From the human T2T-CHM13v2.0 reference genome, Homo sapiens, in assembly GCF_009914755.1 (NCBI RefSeq), contig NC_060928.1: a stretch of 64,000 bases of DNA; one strand, given 5' to 3'. The notes under the pieces are model-generated. The model made no database searches, was not told where the DNA came from, and was given only the letters and a program-made list of their open reading frames with translations. The translations under genes were made by a program, and so were the position numbers. This document shows, piece after piece, positions 54,394-64,000 of this stretch. The number at the start of each line of letters is the position of its first letter. The first letter of the stretch is position 1.

Positions 54394-54624
54394 TTATTGG
54401 GAAGCCTGGGGTGGGGGGTTTTCTGATTTGGTCTCTTGAGTGGCGGGAGGTTTACTGTTCCACGGGCTGTTGTTCCCCAGCGCGGGTGAATTGTTGAAGT
54501 CCTCCTCGTCGTCCATGCCGTTGGCCGCATCATATTGCGTGTTTTCTAATCTAGTGATTAGCCTTTCGTCCTCGTCCCCAAACTCACCTCCCATCAGAGT
54601 TGGCTCTCCTACCACCATCACATC
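54394..54624 (-). CDS. LDB2: LDB2 terminal coding exon, LIM-interaction domain (LID)
   Basis: Acceptor gttcacag|GAT; DVMVVGEPTLMGGEFGDEDERLITRLENTQYDAANG...ENPPPQASQ-TAA. DVMVVGEPTLMGGEFGDEDERLITRLEN is the canonical LID; the tail matches LDB2 rather than LDB1. Confidence 0.98.
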   Translation of the reverse strand, partial: DVMVVGEPTLMGGEFGDEDERLITRLENTQYDAANGMDDEEDFNNSPALGNNSPWNSKPPATQETKSENPPPQASQ

Positions 54625-57084
54625 CTGTGAACAGCAGCTGACATTATTACAGGGAAACCTTGGGAGAGAGAAGCTCAGCTTAAAATAACAGTGGGAGGAG
54701 TCGGGGAATCTAGGACAGACACACTCGTGTACTGTACAACGGGGTCAAGTCTCAATGTCGGGGGCCGAGACGCATATTTGATTTCTACAGGAAATAAACA
54801 TCGCCTCCTGATGTGTAACAACCACGCGAGTTTATGTCCTTAGTGCGCAGCCTGACACTGGAGAACGAGCAATGCTAGCAATCTGCAGAAATAAAAAAAT
54901 GTATTTTTCAAAATTAAAAAAATCCATGCTTTCAACTTGCCGACATTGGGGACTTTTGAGAGGGCTGTGGAACCTTCTGCTGGGTGCTTCTCAATACCTC
55001 CAAAAATCTGCCACTTTTATTTAGGGCCTGTGAGTGGCTTTGGAAACTAGCAGTGACCGGAGACACACGTAAGGTGCAATTCTGCAATATTCACACAACT
55101 CATTCCAAACGGTATTTTCTCTGTCCCAGGGATGATATACATTTTAATTGAAGACAGAATCTCTCTTTTCTCTACTCAGCCAGGCCCTTTTATGCAGCCA
55201 ATATCCTTGACATTCTGCTACTTAATTATGGTAATTAATTTAGGTAAAGTTTTCGATAAAAACAATGTTCACACTGATTTGACAATTTGCATAGCTAATT
55301 AAGTCATTAGCAAAAACCTGCTGATTGCCAACAAGCCTTGAATTTACCATCTGTTATTTCATGGTGCCTGTCACCTATCACCACACAGGCAACCCTGCCA
55401 CCCATCTGGGCAGTAAAGAGAACCGGTCTGTCCAGCTGGTGCCATAAAGGGAAGATGAAGAACGCTAATTATAATTACATTGATGAAGCTGGTAGTCATC
55501 AGAGATGGAAGCGTGCAAGAAGAATCCATCTAATCACTCTTTTAAGTACAAATTGTCCTTCCATGCAAATAAGTAAGCCACCTACTGTAGCTGGGAGCAT
55601 GGGGAGGCCACAGCTGGAGAGGCCAGGGATGGGGAAGAAGAATGCATACACAGGGCAGAGCTCCAGCTTCTTTGTTCAAAGGGGACCATATGGGGTTGAT
55701 GAGGGACCTTGGCATGGGACAGGACATCTGTCAGGTGGATTCTTCTGGGCAGGCTCTGAGCAATACTCCACTTAAAAGTGCAGTAACTTCAGGAAAGTGA
55801 CCAACTGTGATCAGCCTCCACTGAGGCCAGAGAAGGTAGGGCTAGCCAGATGCTTTTGGAGATGAGAGGGTGGGGTTTCCAGTAGAAAGGCTAATTCAAT
55901 AAAATATTTTGACAACTGGGCAGAAATTCATTTTACTAGAGCTTTGCCCAGAGAAGGCCTTCCTGGGACAGTAGAATGGAATACTGCCTACTGTCAGGAG
56001 AAGGACCAGTGGGATTTTGAAAGTGTCCATTGAACAAATCCCTTAGTTACCCCCTAGTCTTTTACAATGGAAAACCTTGTTTTATTTATTTCTGCTCCCC
56101 ACCATTCTTGAGTTAGGGGAGATAATTAATAGGTTTCCAAACTATGTTTTCTGACTAATCATTCTTGTGAATAGATAAAAATGATTTTAAAAAGAAATGT
56201 CCCAAATGGAGTAAGTAAGTGCCTAAAATGTGAGCTTGGTAAACCCAGCAATAAAAATGCCAGGGGATATTCATCTCTGTGCTTCCAAGATTTATTTATT
56301 TATTATGCAATGAAGAACCAGAAATGACAGTGACATGGAACGAGACTCATGAAGACTGTTAAGGTGAGATGCAAAGTAGATACCGTCCTTCTGACTGGCA
56401 GAAAGGATGACAGGATTTTAGATGGAGTGTGGCCACCACAGAGGCATGAATGGTATTCAGTTAGCTGGGCAGCTGCAGTGTTACCTGTTTGGGGATGTTC
56501 AGGATAAAAGAGTGCCACTGAGTTATAGGCAATTAGGAGATGACACTTATGATCAAGAACAAAGGGAGATGGAAAGAATAGGGCTAGGTTGTACAGAGCA
56601 TGACCTGAGGGTTAATCTCATTTCATGACTTGTGTCCAGCACACTTGAAGGGCTTGGAAAACACATGCGTAAGGCGTCACAGGGCAGGAGAAGGATGTTA
56701 ACCAACCAAGTGGGTCTGCATTAGTATCGTGACTCCAAAGTCATTGAGAGAGGATGGGAGAGTATGAGGAAGCATAATTTGAAAGAGGAGGAGGAAAATA
56801 AAAAGCAGCCAACTTAAGCATGATATTAAAAGAAAAGCTCTCAACACTCCAAATGCATTCATTGAATTAGAAAACAACAATCATTGAAGAAAAGTACTAT
56901 GAACATCGTGGTTTGAATCATTTCCAATGGAGCCAACAGGCTTGTAATCTGTTCGGTGAATCTTTGTTCTAGGAGCAGCTGGAAAAGATGTCTAGGCATA
57001 GGTGTTTTTAAATGTACTAAATTTCAAAGGGATGCCACATATGTTTTACTAATTATATAAAATATCCCTAGCTAGATACTTAGT

Positions 57085-57145
57085 TGTGTGTGTGTGTGAG
57101 AGAGAGAGAGCGTGTGTGTGTGTGTGTATGTGTTTGTGTGCGTGC
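57085..57145. repeat. (TG)n(AG)n(TG)n compound microsatellite
   Basis: Directly visible. Confidence 0.9.
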
Positions 57146-57628
57146 ATAATTGACAAATGGCAAGTTAAGGGCTTCATATGCACATAGACAGTTAAGGCCA
57201 CTTAAAAATTTATGTGCATGTTTCTATTGGTTCTTCTAAGCCTCTAGACTAGGATAGTGATTATCTGCTCTGGCAGTCTTGATTTGTTATTCTCACACAA
57301 AATAAATAAAGCATGATGCACATTCTAGGCTGCCTCTGATTAGGGGTTGTTAGCAACATTTCCCCCCCATTTTGTTAAAAATCCCCCCAACATTGGCAGT
57401 GAGAGTACATTTCCTTCCCATCTCTATCCTGTGTGTCCACGAGAGACAACAGCGAGCCATCTGAGAGAGGTCCATATGCCCTCAGCTCCCCACAAGGCCA
57501 ACTTCTGCTCCTTGCTGGAAGCCCGGAGGTGCCACCAGCTCTCACCCATTTCACATCTTCTCACTAATCCCCCGTGCAAAGACCACCAACCTCTGAGGAG
57601 GACTGGAAGTGACTCCTTTCAGGGCCCC

Positions 57629-57733
57629 TCAATGCTTCTCCTTAAATTGGCCAGAAGGGGTCACTGCTGTTGAATGACACAGGTCTCCATCCCTCCCAGG
57701 GTTGAGGCTGCAGTTCGGGATCGCTCCTAGCCC
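57629..57733 (-). CDS. LDB2: LDB2 alternative exon encoding LID-less C-terminus (CLIM1b-type isoform)
   Basis: Acceptor ttctgcttctcactccatgagcag|GGG; in phase 0 after QVP reads GLGAIPNCSLNPGRDGDLCHSTAVTPSGQFKEKH-stop, which I recognise as the short LDB2 isoform tail. Candidate donor GAG|gttggt after 57591. Confidence 0.85.
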   Translation of the reverse strand, partial: GLGAIPNCSLNPGRDGDLCHSTAVTPSGQFKEKH

Positions 57734-60288
57734 CTGCTCATGGAGTGAGAAGCAGAATCCAAGGATTAAACCCTAGCCCTCGCCAGACACACACATCGCT
57801 GCCGCAGCAGCTACACAGACCACAGCTGTGGTCATAGTGGCACATGCCTTTGGACCAGACAGTGGATGCCTGCAGGTAGCATCTCTAGTTAACCAGTAGA
57901 ATAGTGTTGATAACTCAGTAGACAGGGTTAAAAGATATGGTCACCACAAGTCATCCAACGCTTATCATTTAATGTCCATTCAACTCCAGGACACATATGA
58001 ATTTGTACATTTTCCTAATCTGGTTGTTCTTTCTGCCTCTCTGTAACATCTGACAATTTTACTTTATTAAAACATCTTTAACTGCATAGTGTGGAGATAG
58101 TGATGGAATCCAACTCTCATTTCCTAACGGTGCCTTGCTCTTAATCACACAAAATGCAAAGGGTCTCTACTTGTTACAAACCCTCTGGATACAGGTAACC
58201 TCCAGTAAAATACAGTTGTTGATTTGGAAGACAGGAGCATAACAGAGTACAGAAGCTATATCCTCTTTCAAATGAAATTGAAATGATTCTGACTAGACCA
58301 TATGTGTCAAAACATATGACATGTAAGCTGCTACTCTCAACTTCTACAACCATGTCAGACATCACTAATGGATGGCCCACCAAACCCAGACTAGACCTTA
58401 GAATCCTCCTCAATACCATACTCTGAGGGCTGGCAGGAGAGAGAAAATGTCCTTGCCATCCCTAGATTAGACAGTGAGCTCTTCAATGACAGGGCTTTGT
58501 TGTTGTTGTTGTTTTTCACCTTGGTATTGCTAGTACCTGGCACAGTGTGGGCACATAGTAGGAGCTCAGAAAACATCTGTTGAACTGATTGGGATTCTTG
58601 CAGCTACAGTGCCTTTAAGTAGCTATATCACCGTTTCAGAATCCTCTGAGATGCACTTTTTCTTATTTGCTAGAGGAAACTAACGAATGTTACTGCCTTT
58701 AACTCCAGGATTGGATAAAGAAATGGGCTCCTGTGTACACTTTTTCAGTTGATTTATCTAAATCAGGCCATTTTCTCTATTCAAAATTTCACCAGAAGTG
58801 GGCATAACTTGATACTTTTTTAATAAAGAGACTCTTTATTTTCCTCTTTTGGCTTTTTCCCCCTGATCTTCAGAGGTATTAGGTATAAAGCCTAGCTCAG
58901 AAAGTGGAGGACCACCTGGAGACTATTTTCATTATTTGAAGACTGCAATTTGTAACCTTGTAAAATGTAACATGGCACCTTCCATTTTAGGCTGGTCATT
59001 CTCCCCATGACCCCTTCTTTCTAATGCAGTGGGAATGAAAAGTATACCCCCTGTCTGTGGGAGACAGGAGAAGAGAAACAATGGCCCAAGGAATCCTCAG
59101 GGTACTGATGGGGTTGGTTTTGGCCAAAGAGAACTGACCAGTGGAAAGTAGATACAAGTAGGTGGGGGCAGATGTGAAAGACACACTTGGAAGTAAGTGG
59201 GGAATCCCTGTGCGAAGGTCCACTCGCACATGGAAGCGATGGAGCAGGATCAGAACAATAAGGGTAAGGATGAGAGCAAGAAGGGTGAGGGGGAAAAACG
59301 TGGGAAAGACGGAAAAGGTAAAATTGTACTGGTTGAGGGATGTAACAAGAAATAGGGCAACTTTGGAAAACAGAGTATCTAAAAGGTATCCATGAAGCAC
59401 TAAGAAAATCTCAGGATTTGAATGATGGCCAAACACCTGGTGATAGGGTGGTATGACAGGGACAGCAGAGAAGGAACAGAAGCACTTTAAAGGAGCAAAG
59501 TACTTAAAGGAGATAGTCTAATAAGGGGCTGGGGAGTTAGGAGATGGGAGGGAATTAGGCAGAAGGGACAGAATTCAAGAAGAATGAATAAAAGATGAAG
59601 AAAGTTCCTGTGCAGTTTTCACTATATGGGATTACCCTCAGCTGTCAGCTTTGGAATTCAAAGAAGTCCCCTTCCTAATGGTCTTTGTCAAGATAAAGAA
59701 ATGAAAGAAAGGGGCCAAGGGTTCGAGAGAGTTGAGACCAAACCAGAGGCTGATCCTCCCCCTTAGCTAATGCAATGGGCTAAGCGAGAGCTTCACTGAG
59801 CTACATGTTTAGTGGCTGCTGGTTAATTACCTGAGTCTTAAAATAAGAGGGGACGCCCATGTTGGGAAGGCCCAGTCAAATTACAATATGGGACTGAGCC
59901 GCTGGGAGCTAGTTTCCAGTGGAGCACAGGGTCTCCAATGATGGTGCTGAGAGGCCTTAATACGCCACCAGGCATGCTGCTAAGTGATATTTTAATTAAA
60001 CCTTAAGTGACATATCTCCTGTCTGTGACTCTGATGGCTTTTTAATTCAGGTCCCATTGCAGCACGACTCTTAATATTCCTTTCTAATTCCCAGTTTGCA
60101 GGGGAAGGTTTCCATGGCAGAGTTCCTCCCTCCCATCCCAACCTCTGTCCCTGTCTTTTATCCCTCCCCCACCTCCAACCTGCCCAGGATTTTTTTTTTT
60201 TTTCTAATGAAAAGAGACTTTAATTTGGGCCCTTTGAGTAGGAAGCAGACAGTTAGGATTTCGGGCCTAAGAGGAAAGCGAGACTTAC

Positions 60289-60440
60289 AGGTACCTGACT
60301 GGACAGACTCAGGTTTGCAGCTGTGGTCTTCTTCTTGCTGCCAGTGCTGTTTGCATTGTTCCCAGCGCTGCTGTTGGAAGTGCTGCTGGTGGAATTTTTC
60401 CTTTTTCTCCGTTTGGTTGTTGGTTGCCTTGTGGGTTCTG
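60289..60440 (-). CDS. LDB2: LDB2 internal coding exon (152 bp) with nuclear localisation signal
   Basis: (A)EPTRQPTTKRRKRKNSTSSTSNSSAGNNANSTGSKKKTTAANLSLSSQVP with KRRKRK NLS. Acceptor catattgcag|CA, donor CCT|gtaagt; frame continuous with flanking exons. Confidence 0.97.
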
Positions 60441-61587
60441 CTGCAATATGGAAAAGGGAAGAGGGATCAGTTCTAGGGCAAAAGCAACAAGGCAATCATC
60501 AGTATGGTTACTCTAAGGAAGCTGTCTTGGTAAACTGAAGAGTAGACTATTTAAACATTTTCCATTTCTTATAGCTTTAGAAAGAATAAAAGGAGAAAAC
60601 TGTAGATGTGTTTTTAGCACAAAATATGTGACACTCTTTTCTTTGTGTGTAGATCAAATAATTTTTATTTAATCATTCTCTCTAATGGTATGTATTTAAT
60701 TTTGTAAAAATATTTTTTAGGTATGTAACTACAAGTACCACTTTCATAATTGGATTTAAAATATTTTGCCATTAGAAAATTTGGGAAACTTTTTTCCTCT
60801 GGTGTATCTTCTCTTTAAAACAAAGAGAGGACTCCTGGGATCCCTAGGGTAACTAACTCCAAGGTACGAGTGAAGTATGAACTTTAAATAGCCAAATTCA
60901 TGAGCCAGTGTGCAACAGCAGCATCTACTGGTGAAATGTCATATTGCAACCCACCTCTATTATACCTTTATAGAATTCTCAAGTAAAGTCAGTTCCATCA
61001 GCTGTGGATGTGGAGCTTAGGGATTCCCAAGTTCAGAAGGAATACCCATGGTTTGGGCCCTGCTGTTTAATAAATGCTACTAATTCCAAAATTGCTAGAA
61101 AAAAATATGTCTGAGTACATGGTATAGCCAGCATATTACTGAGGGGAAACTAGACCTCTTAAAGAAAGGCCTATTCAGAAACAGAGAAAAATATTTTGGA
61201 CTTGAAGGATGGGGCAACCCTTTAATAGAAATATAGAGACCCAAGGTAAAGTGTGATAAGAGAAATATTCTTTATTTATTTGTTTGTTTACTTATAAGGT
61301 ATAGAACATTATGTAATGCTTGTCACTATTCTTAATGTTTCCAATGCACTATTTTATATTCAAAAAATCCTATTAGTTAGGAACTATTATTGTAATCTTT
61401 GTTTCATAAATGAGAAAGTTTCAGAAGCCTTCTCCTGCCAGTTACTGAATAAGTTGGAAATGGCAAGTAAGAGCATCCTTTTTGCCAGCTCTATTTTAGA
61501 CCTGACTGTGATGGAGAGAAGGCAACTCAGGGCTACACTGGAACCAAATAAGAGGGCCTTGTAGCATTTTCTTAAAACACCTATGCT

Positions 61588-61902
61588 GGACGGGTGCCAT
61601 GGCTCATGGCAATAATCCTAGCATTTTGGGAGGACGAGGCAAGTGGATTGTTTGAGCCCAGGAATTCGAGACCAACTTGGGCAACATGGTGAACCCCATC
61701 TGTACAAAATATACACAGATTAGCCAGGTGTGGTGATACGCACCAGGGGTCCCAGATACTCTTGAGGCTGAGGTGTGAGAATCACCTGAGCCCGGAAGTC
61801 GAGGCTGCAGTAAGCTATGATTGTGCCACTGCAGTCCAGCCTGGGTGACAGAGCAAGACCATGTCTCAAAAACAAAGCAAAGCAAGACAAAATCACACCA
61901 AA
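61588..61902 (+). mobile_element. AluJ in LDB2 intron
   Basis: Diverged dimer with ggattgtttgagcccagga and gaggctgcagtaagctatga; TSD aaaacacctatgc. Confidence 0.9.
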
Positions 61903-63225
61903 AAAACACCTATGCCACTTCTGGTGGACAATGGGAAGGATCTTCCTCTAAGGCTCATTTCAAAGATCACTTAGTCCAATGAGTATCCCTGACTTCTTTT
62001 TGACTTTTCTACTCACCTACTATTTTTTTATCATCCCTAAATATTTTGTCTCTTATGCTTAAAGATTTTCATCAAATGGTCTATCATTTCCTTCCATCGA
62101 GTTCAGGGTGCTTGCTCTGAAGGATGAGAGGAACAGGATATAGAACTGTTCCAGGTCATGGAGTTGAATAAAGGGTTGAGGAGGACATTCTAAAGTCCAG
62201 CAGATACTCAGGCCCACTCCTGACAAGTATCTTCTTTCTTTGACCTTAAGAGTATAAATTTGGTGCTCTTTTTATTTATACTTTGACCATGAAATTGGGG
62301 CAAGTGTACCTAAAATGCGTATTCTGGACTATTCCCATTACCAGTAGGTGGCTGTGGTAGTAAAATAATAGACTTTGGAGACATAAAAACCTTTTGGTGA
62401 CACAGTCCTCCTTCATTTGTTAGCCATGAGACTGGCTGTGTCAAATTACTACCCTAAGTCTCAGAGTGCACTATATAAAATGGAGATAATACATTTAAAG
62501 TTATGGTAAGGATTCAATATTTTTGCATGCTTTATTCAGTTTTGTAACTCCCAGTGGCTAGAACCACGTCTGGAGCCTAATAAATCTCAATAAATAATTA
62601 TTGAATGAATGAAGGAATTAATGAATAATATATCAATTATATATGCCTATGTTAGAAAATATAGCACTTGCTGAGTGGATTACGTTTTCTCCATAAAGTC
62701 TTATTAGCGTTAAAAGAAAAAATAAAGCCAATTTAAGCACATTTAATATATTTGAAAAATAATATTCCAAAAGTCTAAAATTCCCATAAGATGGGGATGT
62801 AACTATTCTACATAAAATAACACTTATTTTCTCAGCTTTCTAAATATGTACTTGATTAAATTTGCTATATTCATTTTACATAAAACCCCTGGCCACTTAC
62901 CAGCCGAAGGTGACCATTATATTTTGTGATTCAGAAAGCTATGTGCCTCGTGTTAATAATTACTTTTTATAAAAATAATTTTTAGCAAATGGCTACATTT
63001 TGCTTTTATGATGAATGAGGCTCAACACACGCCTGGGAGTGAAAGTATATTAGATAGGAAGACAATTAATGATGACTTGAATCGGTGATTTCAGAACCCC
63101 AGCAGGAGACTATAGTATCTAAACTGCATTCTAGGGAAGTGAGGGAAATGGAATTGCTTATATATTCTCTTCATGATCAGAACTTTTGATACAATATATC
63201 TTTAAAAACAGAGCAAACTTCATTT

Positions 63226-63340
63226 TTCCTTCATCCTTTCCTCCTTCATTCATCTGTTCCTTTCTTCCTTCCTTCTTTCCATCCCTTCTTTTTTCTCCTT
63301 TCCTTCTTCCTTATCTTCCCTTTCTTCCTTCCTTTTCATA
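63226..63340. repeat. (CTTC)n-rich low-complexity tract
   Basis: Polypyrimidine degenerate tetranucleotide repeat. Confidence 0.8.
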
Positions 63341-63399
63341 ATGTCTGTCATTCTTAAAAAACAAAAACCTAAAACATTAGGCCGTGAGAAGCCAGCAGT

Positions 63400-63580
63400 C
63401 TGGCTCAGTGGAAGAACCACTAGATTAGAAGACAGGAACCCCTGGCTCTGATCTCAGCTTTGCCAATGACCTTCTTGATGACCTTGAACACGTTATTTTA
63501 CCTCTCTGAGTTGCAGGTCCTAATCTGGTAAGTGAGGAGACTGTAGATAATTCTTAAGGATGTTTGCCTGTCACAAATTC
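63400..63580 (+). mobile_element. MIR/MIR3 SINE
   Basis: cagtggaagaaccactagattagaagacagg...tgaccttgaacacgttattttacctctctgagtt. Confidence 0.6.
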
Positions 63581-63734
63581 ATTGTCTTTATGTCCACAAC
63601 CATGGTCAGAATATCCCTAATAAGCTACTTGTCCTGATAAATTAATGATCACTTTCTTCTTTTTCACATCACTTCATCCCTGGAAGACACCTCTGAAAAC
63701 GTGTTTAGAGAGAGAGTGAAGAATGAGGGTGTAC

Positions 63735-63858
63735 CTGGCGGAGCCACCATCCTCTGCCACTTCTGAAACAAGCAGGTCTTCAGGCAGTCTCGGGGACTGA
63801 GGTTGTAAGTTTTATGTCTCGACATCAGTTCCTGCATTGGCTCCAATATTACACACAA
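63735..63858 (-). CDS. LDB2: LDB2 internal coding exon (124 bp; end of dimerisation domain / LCCD region)
   Basis: Translates LCVILEPMQELMSRHKTYNLSPRDCLKTCLFQKWQRMVAPP, the conserved LDB/Chip segment. Acceptor ttcttgcag|TTG (AG at 63860-63859), donor CCAG|gtacac; ends in phase 1, matching the next exon. Confidence 0.97.
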
Positions 63859-64000
63859 CTGCAAGAAGTTCAAAGACACTGGCATTTCACTACTTCATAA
63901 CACTAATTACAATAAATAATGCTAACAGCTGGAATCAAGTAGACAGCTTTGAGAATACTTTTATTTTCCTGGTTTTGATTTTCTTTATATAAATGTGAGG

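Noticed and set aside
54440-54688. Plus-strand ORF over the terminal exon (also 60096-60538 over the NLS exon)
   Set aside because: Antisense shadows of LDB2 coding sequence.
55338-55775. 145-aa plus-strand ORF
   Set aside because: Non-ATG start and no recognisable homology; the region is better explained as non-coding regulatory sequence.
58996-59720. 146-aa hydrophobic ORF and Arg-rich antisense ORF in a purine-skewed tract
   Set aside because: Composition artefact of GA-rich intronic (possibly old repeat) DNA; no domain or splice support.
63664-63734. In-frame read-through past the 63735 donor (GTPSFFTL...)
   Set aside because: A short open stretch expected by chance; no nearby minus-strand poly(A) support noticed.

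Overview
Human (primate) genomic DNA. The right-hand ~11 kb holds the 3' end of LDB2 (LIM domain-binding protein 2 / CLIM1) on the minus strand. This comprises two internal coding exons (63735-63858, 60289-60440), an alternative exon encoding a C-terminus without the LIM-interaction domain (57629-57733), the terminal coding exon with the LID (54394-54624), and a ~1.1 kb 3' UTR with two AATAAA signals. The left ~53 kb is intergenic and dense in transposon relics: Alu, L1 (including a twin-primed inverted L1PA), near full-length Tigger1, HSMAR2, MER2/5/30/33, THE1/MST/MLT1, ERV1/ERVL solo LTRs, MIR and L2. I see no convincing new protein-coding system; almost all ORF-track entries are repeat-derived or chance ORFs. 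The best leads are regulatory: a dense TCF/LEF motif cluster at ~1.2-2.0 kb, a TAATTA/SOX/octamer cluster in the last LDB2 intron, several splice routes to LID-less LDB2 (one poised at the NMD boundary), and hints of antisense transcription. Repeat subfamily calls are from recalled consensus sequences, not alignments.
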